Assembly: GCA_024679065.1 (NCBI GenBank)
Contig: JAGIQG010000004.1
Coordinates: forward strand, 130,634,001-130,698,000
From: Sphyrna mokarran
Taxonomy: Eukaryota
Direction of reading: 5' to 3'
Length of the DNA stretch: 64,000 bases
The position numbers and the translations under genes were made by a program. Each line of letters starts with the position of its first letter. The stretch's first letter is position 1. Shown piece by piece: positions 26,540-38,294 of the stretch. The notes beneath the pieces were generated by a model that was not told the DNA's origin, searched no databases, and worked only from the letters and a program-made list of their open reading frames with translations.

Positions 26540-28415
26540 ATAGAACATAGAACAGTACAGCACAGGCCCTTCGGCCCTCGATGTTGTGCCGAGCTTTGTC
26601 CGAAACCAAGATCAAACTATCCCATTCCCTATCATTCCGGTGTGCTCCATTTGCCTATCAATAATGGCTTCAAAGTTCCTAAAGTGTCCAACCCCACTAT
26701 CACAACAGGCAGTCATTCCATATCCCAACCATGCTCTGAGTAAAGAACCTATCTCAGGCATCCCTCCTATATTTCCCACCATGAACCTTATAATTATGCC
26801 CCATAGTAACAGCTACATCCACCTGGGGAAATAGTCTCTGCACGTCCACTCTATCTATCCCCCTCATCATTTTATAAACCTCTAAATCACTTCTCATCCT
26901 CCTCCGCTCTAAAGAGAAAAGCCCCAGCTCCCTCAACCTTTCCTCAAGACCTACTCTTCAAACCAGGCAGCATCTTGGTAAATCTCCTCTGCACTCTCTC
27001 CAATGCCTCTACATCCTTCTTATAGTGAGGTGACCAGAACTGCACATAATATTCCAAATGTGGTTTCATCAAGGTCCTGTATAGTTGTAGCATAACCCCA
27101 CAGCTCAAACTCAAACCCCCTGTTAATAAACGCTAACACACTATCGACTTTCTTCACAGCTCTCTCCACTTGAGTGGCAACTTTCAGAGATCTGCGGATA
27201 TGAACCTTAAGATATCTGTTCCTCCATATTCCTCATAATCCCGCTGTTAACCCTGTAATTCAAAATTGTCCTACCAAAATGACTCACCTCGTATTTATCC
27301 CATCTCTTCATCCTATCAATATCTCTTTGCAGTCTGCAACAGCCCTCTACCTCATCCACTACTCCACCAAACTTGGTGTCATCAGCAAATTTACTGACCC
27401 ACCCTTCAGCCCCCTGCCTTCAAGTCATTAATAAAATCACAAATAGCAGAGAACCCAGCACTGATCCCTGTGGTACACTGCTGGTAACTGGTCTTCAGTC
27501 TGAAAATTTTCCATCCAAATTGGCCAAATTTCCCTCTATCACACACCTCCTTACTTCCTTCAGGAGCCTAATATGTGGAACCTTATCAAACGCCTTACTA
27601 AAATCCATGTATACAACATCAACTGCTCTACCTTCATCTACACACTTAATTACCTTCTCAAAGTAGTCAATCAAATTTGAGGCAAGACTTACCCTTCACA
27701 AATCCATGCTAACTGTCCCAAATTAAGCTGCATCTTTCCAAATGGTCGTAAATTCTGTCCCTCAGGACCTTTCCATCAAGAAAGACTAACTGGCCTATAA
27801 TTACCAGGGTCGTTCCTATTTCCTTTCTTGAACAGAAGAACAACATTGCCACTCTCCAGTCCTCTAGCACTATCCGCATGGACAGTGAGGACTCAAAGCC
27901 AAAGGCTCTGCAATCTCATCCCTTGCCTCCCACAGAACCCTAGGATATATCCCATTCTGCCCAGGGGACTTATCGACCCTCAGGTTTTTCAAAATTGCTA
28001 ATACATCTTCTGTCAGAACACCTACTTCCTCCAGCCTATCAGCCTGTATCACACACATCCTCAAAAACATGGCCTTCTCCTTGGTAAACACTGAAATAGT
28101 ATTCATTTATCATCTCTCCTATCTCTTCTGACTCCACGCACAAGTTCCCACTACTATCCTTGACCATCCCTAACCTCACCTGGTTATTCTTTTATTTCTC
28201 ACATTGGAGTAAAAAGCCTTGGGATTTTCCTTAACCTGACCCGCCAAACATTTCTCATGCCCTCTTCGACCTCTCTCTTTTTTAAAAACTCATCCCTTGC
28301 TACCTTGTAATCCTCAAGTAACCCAACTGAACCTCGCTTTTTCATCCTCACAAACACTTCCTTTTTCCTCTTGACAAGACATTCAACCTCGTGAGCCATG
28401 GTTCCCTCACTCGGC
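26540..28415 (-). mobile_element. CR1 LINE, 5'-truncated (RT and 3' end)
   Basis: Tail atagaacatagaacagtacagcac; ORFs 26754..26936, 27870..28106 (DKSPGQNGIYPRVL), 28199..28417. Confidence 0.93.
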
Positions 28416-28789
28416 AACGCACAATGAGCAGAAATAAGAAGTTAATGTTCCAGAGAAATGTAAACATAGACTTCTCCTTCACTTGTCCATGAGCACAGAA
28501 GGCATCTGCAGCTGTTAAGTTGGGTGATACTGGTAGAACTGACCTTGGCAGTTCAATAGTTGTTTTGGAGATACTGAGTAAATTTTTCATTCCGCTCGCC
28601 ATCATAGCAAGCGAGGGCTGGACCGTGGAAAGATCCATTGACCTCGGGAGGGAGTTTCTGGTTTTGGGGCAAGCACGGCCAGAAGCTCCGGCCCATTGGG
28701 TTCTGTTGGGCAGCTGATACCTACCTGGTTCCTTTTGATGGTGACATCTGCTGATCTTTCCTCCGTCAACAGACAGAGAGTATTGCCAT

Positions 28790-29250
28790 GTCTATGCCAT
28801 TATTATCTATCAAGAAAAGCAGTGGTCCCAACGACCCCCAGCAAACCGACTGTAACAGTGGACTTTCTCAGTCTGAAAAACAACTATTCACCACTACACT
28901 CTGCTCTCTGTCACTCAGCTAACTCTGTAGCCATGCTGCCACTTCCCTTTTTATTCCATGACTTTCAACTTTGCTGGCAAGCCTATTATGTGGCATTTTA
29001 GCAAATGTCTTTTGGAAGTCTGTATACACACATATACATACTATAAATATATATAGCACATCATCCGCATAACCCTCATCACTCTCTCTGTGACCTCAAC
29101 ACAACACAATTTGCCTTTCACAGTGCTGGTTTTGCCTAATTATTCCACACTTGCCCAAGTGATGGTTAATTTTATACTTCATTATTGTATTCACAAGCTT
29201 TACCACCACCAAGGTTAAAGTGTCAGGCTTATAGTTGTAGCATTTATCCT
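28790..29250 (-). mobile_element. Old CR1 RT remnant
   Basis: aagaaaagcagtggtcccaac...; gcaaatgtcttttggaagtc (antisense of DFQKTF). Confidence 0.6.
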
Positions 29251-29255
29251 TCTAA

Positions 29256-29735
29256 AGAGAACAAAGAACAAAACAGCACGGGAAACAGGCCCTTCGGCCC
29301 AACGAGCCCGCGCCGCCACCTCGATGTTCCCACTTCTACCCGCGATCCTTGTCCATGTTTATAGATCTATGGATTAAAAACCAAATTTGAGACAATTTAG
29401 GGAGAATTTGTTTTGCCAATTAGCCTAAGAGCACATCTTTGGGATGTGGGAGGAAACCGGAGCACCCGGAGAAAACCCACGCAAGCACGGGGAGAATGCG
29501 CAAACTCCCACAGACACAGGCCCGAATCCATGTATCTGCACAGCACAGCGATAGTCACTGAGCTGTCGTGTTGCCCATCAGATGGTCCAGGTCAAGCATA
29601 CACTAACAACGTGAAGCAATAGGATACTCTCGAAAAAGATCCAAGAGCAGCCCTCTCACGACCCATCGTGTGTATGCCCCTCGTTAGACAACAAGGTGGA
29701 CCAAAGCACCTGTAGGATAAAAAACAAGTACATCA
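29256..29735 (-). mobile_element. Composite SINE-like retroposon, copy 1 (structured leader, decayed tRNA head, V domain, CR1 tail)
   Basis: V core ggaaaccggagcacccggagaaaacccacgc; CR1-type tail ggcccttcggccc; closely similar to 48011-48477 with the same 5' end. Confidence 0.9.
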
Positions 29736-29736
29736 A

Positions 29737-31340
29737 TATCATCATCTATTTACACACTTCCCAGGGACTCCCAAGGCTCATGATCCCTATTTTAAAATCA
29801 GTTTTCTATATCCCTCCATTCCCATTCTGTTCATGTGCCCATCTAAGTATTTCTTAAATAACTCCAGAGTGCCTGCCTTCACCACTTTACTTGGCAGTGC
29901 ATTCCATACCCCCACCACCCTCTGTGTGAAAAAAACTCCCTCTAGCATCCAAATTATACCTTACCCCCCTCACCCTAAGCCAGTGACCCCTCGTGCTATT
30001 TGAGTCCATCCTAGGAAAAAAGCTTAACGCTGTTTACTCTATCAATCCCCTTCAAAATCTTGTGCACCTCTATCAGATCTCCTCTAAGTCTACGTCTTTC
30101 TAAGGAAAACAGTCCCAATTTGCCTAACCTCTCCTCGTAACTCAGACCTTCCATACCAGGCAGCATCCTGGTAAACTTCCTCTGCACTCTCTCCAGAGTC
30201 TCCACGTCCTTCTGGTAGTAAGGCGACCAGAACTGGACGCAGTATTCCAAATGAGGTCTAACCAGCGTTTTATACAACTGCAAAATTAAAGGCCAGCTCT
30301 TGTACTCTATACCCCTTCCTATAAAGGCTAACATACTATATGCTTTCTTCACAACCTTCTCCACTTGATCTGCCACCTTCAGAGACTTGTTCACCTGTAC
30401 CCCCAGGTCCCTCTGTGTTTCTATACTCTTAATAGGTCTACTCTTTATCATATACCTCCCCCCTACATTCTTTCTCCTGAAATGCATCACCTCACATTTA
30501 TCAGGATTGAATTCCATCTGCCACCTGTCTGCCCAAGCTACCAGCCTATGTCCTGCTGCATCACCTGACAATGCTCCGCACTCTCCGCAAGTCCAGCCAT
30601 CTTTGTATCATCTGCAAACTTGCTGATCACTCCACTTACTCCCTCTTCCAAGATATTTATATATATTACAAATAGAAGAGGTCCCAGTACCGAGCCCTGC
30701 GGCACACCCACTAGTGACCGACCTCCAGCTCGAGAAGCACCCTTCTACTATTGCTCTGTCTCCTATTACCAAGCCAGTTACTTATCCATCTAGCTACTTG
30801 TCCTTCATACTTATCCGTAATCTGCTCTGCAATTTCCTTTTCCATGTTTATTATTATTTGGGGGCCTATAGAAAACTCCTGACAACATGACCGCTCCTTT
30901 CCTATTTCTAACTTTAGCCCATATTACCTCAGTAGGCAGATCGCTCTTGAACTGCCTTTCAGCAGCCGTTAAATTATCCTTGATTAACAATACTACTCCA
31001 CCTCTTTTACCACCTTCCCTAATTTTATTGAAACATATACATCCTGGAACTTCCAACCATCATCGCTGTCCCTTTTCTAACCTCGTCTCCGTAATGACCA
31101 CAACATCATAGAACTAAATATCAATCCATGCTCTACGTTCACCTACCTTATTCCACATACTCCTTGCATTGAAGTAGACACTTCAACCATCTTTCTGTCT
31201 GCCAGTACACTCCTGTGACCTTGATACCCTCCTCAGTACCTCACTGCACTCAACAGTGGCTTCTGGACTTAAGCTCCTTTTCCCATCCCCCTGAAATTAG
31301 TTTAAACCTCTGAAGAGCCGTAGCAAACTTCCCTTCCAGG
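29737..31340 (-). mobile_element. CR1 LINE with large internal deletion and no recognisable tail of its own
   Basis: ORF 30011..30571 (WQMEFNPDKC, RPHLEYCVQFWSP) and 30811..31056 (endonuclease GVFYRPP). Confidence 0.9.
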
Positions 31341-31429
31341 ATATTGGTGCCCCTCTGATTTAACTATTCTGGAAGTACTCTTTCTGATGGAAATATAATG
31401 CCATAAGCTCACCTCAGGAACAAACAGAA

Positions 31430-32700
31430 CACTAAGTTTGCTCAGCTAGAGATAGTTGTCAGGGAGGAGGATGGAAATCCTTGGTAAGGGCTGAAGACAA
31501 TAGCGTCAATCTTTTCCAGTGCATATTTGGAGGTTGACAACGCAGAACCAGTATGGAGTTTGAGGTGGTAGTGGTGAGGTTTGGGTGATGCAAGGTAACG
31601 CTGCTGTCAGCAACTTATATGTGGAATCTAAAGCCTTGTATTTGGATATTACAGGGGTAGATGATAAACAGAAGGACAAGAATCAATTCCTGCAACACCA
31701 GAGATAATGATGCCAACTGACACAAAAGCACTGCAGAAGATTTTATAGTTATGACCATAATTCAATTAATTAATAAAGCTGGAATAAAAAACTACCAGAC
31801 TCAAATCTATCTGGCTCCCCAATAATCTTCAGGGAACACAAATCTATTATTCTGGCCTGGTCTAGCCTACTGACTCCAAATCCAGAACAATGTGATCGGC
31901 TCTTAATTGCCTCCTGAATAGCTTAGTAAATTACTCAGTTGTATCAAAAGGCAGCAGAAAATTTAATAAAAACCGATAGATCAACTGTCAGACTGTGGCA
32001 CAGAACATGATAAATTTCCAGTTGATCCTGCAAATTCATGCCAGCATCTGGGAGTTTGTGCTAAAATTGGGAGATCTGTCCCACAGATTAGTCAAGAAAT
32101 AAGCGGAGATAATCATACTCATTGAAACATTCCATAAAGGTGATGCCTTAGAGGTTGTCATCATCATCCTGCGTATGTCCTGGCTCATCATTAGCAGGTG
32201 ACAGTACACAATGGTATACAGTCAGTAATGAGTCGTTCTAGACATCCTCAATATTGATTTCAGACTCCATGAAGTCTCATGGCATTAGGTCAAACGTGCT
32301 CAAGGAAACCACTTGCCGATTAGCAATCTTGCTTAACTAATGAATCAATGCACCTCCATGTTGAAAATCACTTGGAAGAAACACTAATGGTAGTTAGGGA
32401 TTGTCTGATGCAAAACTACTTTTGCTGTTCTTCATCATCGGCCTGGTTACAGTGCAAGTGCAAATGATCTTTGTAAACTTGCAATACATGTAGAATGTAC
32501 TTTGGGTCAATGACTTCAATGCTCAACACCAAGAGTGGCTTGGTTGCATCACTGAACTAGTTTGAATCCTGAAGGGCATACCTGCCAGCCTGAGCACGTG
32601 GCAAGTGGCAAGAACTGTCCTTGCAGAGGCAAGGAACCATCTTCACTGAGGATATCCTCCATTATTTTGCACACATTACCAGCCTATTCAAGTAGCGCAG
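31430..32700. mobile_element. Old L2/CR1-type remnants, including a second copy of the 4580-5560 family
   Basis: ctggcctggtctagcctactgactcc...cttaattgcctc; gacttcaatgctcaacaccaagagtggcttgg (endonuclease DFN motif). Confidence 0.6.
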
Positions 32701-33278
32701 AACAGCAATCTACAAAAATTCACATTTGTTGATAATGTTTCTATTGATTTTATAATTTGAACAGTCAAACCAGCATTGTATTTAATAGGAACAGAATAAT
32801 TTCTTATACTTTATAATATTCTAATTATATTTGGCAGATGTCAGGTGTGATTTCTGTTTAGTGGTAATTTTAACAAACATAGAAGCATAGATAATGTTAC
32901 TACAGCCTCAACTTGACATTTATTGTCCGATGCGAAACTACTTTTGCTGTGTTCTTACCAGGCTGTTTCATCTTCAGCCTGGTGACAGTGTAATTGCAAA
33001 TCATCTTTGTAAACTTGAAATACATGCAGCTGAGTGGAAGCTAGATAAACACAGGAAGAAACAGAGTAGAAAGTTGTCCTGAGAGGATTAGAAGGTTGGG
33101 AAGAAGTTCTTGGATTATAAATACAGACAGACAGAGGCCAGTGGCCAAAGTATATGTTGCATAAAAACAAAATAGTTAACTTCCATTCCTGCTTTTCACA
33201 AGCATTTGTAATTGCAGAAGAAGTCAAATTAAAAAATATTAGAAGAATAATAAATAATAAAATAAAAGCATTACTTAC

Positions 33279-33416
33279 ATTCTATTAAATTATTTTGTAA
33301 TGGCGTTCCGGTGAGAATAATCCTCCGCTTTGTTCTAATAGAATTCATTGCCTTTGATATTGCAGAAGCTTCATTTTTAAGTACGTGGCCTTCATCACAC
33401 ACAACAAAGTCAGGAC
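33279..33416 (-). CDS. ATRX: ATRX exon (exon 20 equivalent): [46 protein letters not shown](Y); DEGH box and motif III
   Basis: Manual translation; ctatag| and |gtaagt; 138 bp. Confidence 0.97.
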
Positions 33417-34399
33417 CTATAGGGAAAATCAAGCCATTTTAAAATAATTTGTAAGGCTTTTTAAAATCTAAAAGCCTGAGTAAAAGTCACTTTTAAATGT
33501 GTCACAATACACAATGTTAAACAGGATACATATGTTGGTAAATCAACAGGCAGAATCCAAAAACATAAATTCAATATTTATGGAAATAAATCGAACAATT
33601 AATGAATCAAGCCTGTTGGATTAATTTTATATATTTAAGTATATTCAATGTTTATATTATACAAATCCTTTTTATTTAATGCTATACCGACAGATGGACT
33701 CAAAGCTGTAATGCAAAAATCAAGACATCTATATCATAGTTATGTTTATTTCAATTATACAAATCAATTTACAGATATCTTAGCAGTATAGTGGATTGCA
33801 GACCACTTGGTAAATAAACTGAACTCTGTACATGCTCTTCGTACAACTAGCAACATGAAGCTGTAGAATAAATTCCTGCATTGCACAAGCAGGCTTTCCA
33901 AAGCTCTACAAACATTAGATAGCATTGTACCTTATAAAATTAGAATCAAATGGGTCATGGCATTTCATTGCAATATGCACTGAAAGTTGAACTGCATTAC
34001 ATATTAAGCTTTATTTTGTAATAACTTTTATTATTTTAGATATTACAATTCCCTTCTAAAAACAGCAGTATAACTCAACTGCACAGAATGTAATCAAGTT
34101 GTTCTCATACTGTTGCATGATTTAGCCACTGAGCGTCGCTGTTGAGCATCCCATTTGTCTCAGCCAGCTGCCATATTAATAGTTTTGTGAAGTAGACAAA
34201 TTCTAAGTCCCCGAATTCAAAGTTCTCTTTGGCCCCCAAAGAATCTCAAACTGCTTGCTACATTTCCCCTCAGCCCATTACTCGTGTCTCAACCTCAATT
34301 TATTACCTTAATTCCCAAGACAATTCTAAAAAGTATTGATCAATTATGTTCCAAACATACAATTGCTATCTGATGCTTCACAGCCACATTTTGGCAGGT

Positions 34400-35330
34400 G
34401 TTTTTTTGCATCACAAACCAAGTCCCACCACTCGCCTAAAATGGAAGTCTGACGCTGATATAGGACTTAACGAAGGATAATGGCTACCCTGATCAGATCA
34501 CTTCACACTGTCATCCCAAGGCCAGTTTGCATGTCACTTTTGGCTCCAAACAGTAACCAGTCCACTTATTACCCTGTATGGACAAAACGTCTCAAAAATC
34601 TGAGCAGGCAAAGCTAGTTGTTTCACACTATGACAATGCTGTAGCCACCCAGATGGTATTCGCCACTAAGAGAATGCTGGTTTAGTCAAAAATCTTGTTC
34701 TGCCTATCATACAACTGAGTAACAATGGAGAACAGGATCACTGTGCCAGTGTGATGCTCAATATGCAGGTTGTGCATCTTAAGATGGACAGATCATATCA
34801 AACAGCATGCCCCAGCCATTGTTTACAAGAGGCTTGATAGAGACCAGGCCATGCTGGCCTAACTTAGAACTGCATCAACATTGGACAATATTTGCTAATA
34901 ATCCTTAGTATCCTAAAAATTACACAATTTTAAATTGGTTGTCAGTCAGGCTTGCAGCATGATGCATTTACATGTATTGGAAGCTACATATATTACTATA
35001 CAGAGCTCTGACCTTTGCAGACAGAAAGAACATGTTCACACTGTGCCCATTTCACATAAACAAAATAAGTGATAGCCATTCACTGACTTCCCTCAAAGCA
35101 ATGCCTAGGCCAATCAGGATCAAGCAGCCTGGTTTAAATTTCAACCAATACCTGGCAGTTAACAGTCAGTCACCATCAATTGGTGCATTTGCCATGGCAG
35201 TGCCTCTACCAAAGTCTTCTTGCCAATAAGCACACTCCTCTTACAGTACAAGTTATTTTCCCTTTCCATTGAGGAATGTCTTTACGAGTACTACATGAAA
35301 AGCTTCAATATGTCTGTTTCAGCAAACGTT
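34400..35330 (+). mobile_element. Penelope-like element remnant (GIY-YIG endonuclease region)
   Basis: Broken frames give DNGYPDQI, CQCDAQYAG, DHIKQHAP, IGQYLLNNP, HVLEATY, LCRQKEHVH. Confidence 0.72.
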
Positions 35331-35534
35331 AAGCAAATACTGCTTGATTGCAAAAATGGCAAATAGGAATTTAGTGTTAATTTGGAACATTTGATAAGTA
35401 ATTGGAATTAGGCACAACTGTTGCAATAAGCACAGCTTTCATCACAATGTCTAGAAATTATTGGTCAATTTGGCACAGCATTTTCCCTTTAATCTCCAAT
35501 AGCATAATATTCAGTAGTGTCATCCAACTAGCTG

Positions 35535-35810
35535 GAATTTCTGCCTCTCAATGTCAGAGATCCGGGTTCAATTCCCAGCTTGGGTCACTGTCCGTGTGGA
35601 GTTTGTACATTCTTCCTGTGTCTGTGTGGGTTTCCTCCAGGTGGTCATGTTTCCTCTCCATTCCCCCAAAGATGTGCAGGTTAAGTGAACTGGCCTTGCT
35701 AAGTTCTCCTCAGTATATCCGAACAGGTGCTGGAGTGTGGCTACTAAAGGATTTTCACAGTAACTTCATTGCACTGTGAATGTAAGTTTACTTGTGACTA
35801 ATAAATAATT
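35535..35810 (+). mobile_element. V-SINE with an alternative (non-CR1) tail
   Basis: ccgggttcaattcc B-box; V core; tail gtaagtttacttgtgactaataaa. Confidence 0.85.
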
Positions 35811-37799
35811 ATTTTACACTTTAAAATATATTTTATGTAACATTGAAGATACAAAAGGAATATTGTTCTTTACTTTCTGCATAATACTTGCATTAGTCCA
35901 TATTACAAGTATTCTGCTGTATTCCATTAGAAAACAGAACTCTCGCTAACTGGCATTTTTAGTTAACCAACACCAGCAAGATAATCAAGATTTTACTGCA
36001 GTATTTCCATTAAAAATGTTAAAGTTGTCATAGCTGTAGAATTAGAATATAGAGTTTATGTTCCTCTTAAGCTCCATGTGTGATGCCCACGATATTTGTT
36101 TTTTCTGCATCCCTGAACATTGAAAAGGAAACTAATGCACTCAATCACTACCAGTTACTTTGTTCATCACATTTAATGCCTTGCACTACGTCTTTCAATT
36201 AAAATTAACATTATTCTTCTAATGTATACTTATTAGCAGTTTTTAAACCACTCAAATTGGGTGGTCAAACGTCAGTTTCTTTCATCAGTTTATAATGCAA
36301 TCATACTTTTCTCCTTAATCCTACAAAGGACCTTTCTTCAGAATGTCATGCCAATAAGTCTTTTCCCATTATCCACCCTCTGACTGACCCTTTTCCCATC
36401 TCCCAGTCTTCACTCCATAACAGGTGGTACACCCTTCAGTCAACTTTGCCTCATGTAGAAAGCTACCTCCCTGAACCCTTCAGCTGGTCTCCCTTAGTAA
36501 CCCTTCTAGAAGCACTTTTTTTAAAACCAGACTATGAGGAAAAGGAGGGAGCCAAAAATAAATCCTCAAGAGGCTCCAAAGGTATTGACAGGGAGAAGAA
36601 AATCCATACCCCTAATAATAACATTGAGATCAAAAAAATTAGCATAGGCTACATGCAGTTAATTTCCTCTAGTAAGTTAGCTATACTACTCATTGAATCA
36701 ACCTGCTGGGTAATCACAATAATCAACAACTTATATAGACTATTTGCAGAGACTCCATCCTGCTGCATGGAGGGTAGTTAATATATTACTGAAGGGCTGG
36801 GAGGAAATAATCTTCCATTATGAAGAAACATCAGGCATAACAATACACTGAACAACTCATACCACACAGTTGGTTGTTTGGTTCATTGGAAAAAAAGATA
36901 CCGGAAAGGAAATGGGAACACAGAGACACCAAAACCATTATGAATGGCATTGTGTGGGGAAAAGTGAAATTACAAGTAAAATCAAAAATTATTGTTCACT
37001 TTTAAAAACATCATCCATCTTTTATCTAACAACTTAGAGTATACAGAGGAAAGTAATCATTGCAATCACATTTAAACAGGCCAATTTCTTTCAAAAGTTC
37101 AAAGTTTTGGAATAAACAAGCTTTTTGCACAAAATTTAAAGATAAGAACCTGCTGACTTTAACATTTTGGAGTTAGGAGATGAAGAGGTCATTAAATAAA
37201 GCTGCTGCAAGCTGGCAACCATTTGCAATTACGGATTAATTACCATTAACCTCCTTCCCCACTCAGCCACTAGCAAACTAATTAAGATTACTTGTTCAAT
37301 ATTTTAAGCTTTACAGCATCATGTTTTCCAGGCTACCTCAAACATCTTATTGTGCCAACTTTTTACAGTTCATCAGAAATGAAAAGAAATGAGGTCAGTT
37401 AGATAGTATCCTTCATGTGCGGCCGAGAAAGGTAGTTACAGCAATTAAGATAGATATACCATTTTCTTTTAATCTGTCCCGTACTCGAGGGAGAATAGAA
37501 TCATGCACGTATCCAGGTAATTCTTAATTGAATGTTTAAAATATTAATGTAGAAATATGACAAAGAAGATGATTAGAAATCATTAGAAATTCCTATTTGA
37601 TGAGGTACAAAGGAAAGTTTCAGAATTAAATTTAGGTTAAATATTTTTCAGTTACACATGGAATGAGATGTTAATAACGAACTCAGAAAATGATTAGTTC
37701 TACAGTTCTATGGAACTTGTTGGAATGAACACTTGATTTTGGGTGATTATATGTTTAAGACCAATAAGCTATTGAGGATACTGATCATCAAGAAACAGC

Positions 37800-38170
37800 T
37801 GAAGACACTGGAATTGCAAAAGCTATGGGCTATCCATCCAGAACAAGGCAGCCTGCTTGATTGGTCCCCTTTCACAAACATTCACTCCCTCCATGACAGA
37901 CAAATCATGGCAGTAGCATGTACCATTTAAAAGATGCACTACAGAAACTTCTCAGCATCTTTCAAACCGAACAGCACTAACATCTAGAAGGACAAGGGCA
38001 GCAGATATCTGGAAACACCACCACCTAAGAGTTCCTCTGAGCTTCACGCCATCCTGACTTAAAAATATATCGCCATTCTTTTACTGTTGCTAAGGCAAAA
38101 TCCTGGAAATCTCTCCGTAACAGCTGAGTAGGTGCATCAACACTTCAGGAACTGCAGCAGTTCACCACCG
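37800..38170 (+). mobile_element. Old L2/CR1-type LINE 3' remnant
   Basis: catctagaaggacaagggcagcagat...aacaccaccacc...ccatcctgact...aaatcctggaa. Confidence 0.6.
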
Positions 38171-38294
38171 ACTCAGTAAGTTTGCACTAATATACAAATA
38201 GCACTTATAGGTTTTAAAGGCACAGCCTGTGAATTTCTTCCAAAGGGTCAACTCTTGATCCCAGAGGACAAGGAAGATGCACCACCTAGAATTG

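Noticed and set aside
29505-29590. Hammerhead ribozyme in the composite SINE (CTGATGG/TTGATGA ... GATAC ... GTC)
   Set aside because: Neither copy has an intact CUGAUGA, GAAA is GAUA, stem I is out of register, and the segment aligns well with a decayed tRNA head and V domain. Worth re-testing only on a family consensus.
29577-29735. Box C/D snoRNA as the leader
   Set aside because: The C-box-like TGATGT is imperfect and the CTGA of copy 1 is TTGA in copy 2; I recognise no known snoRNA.
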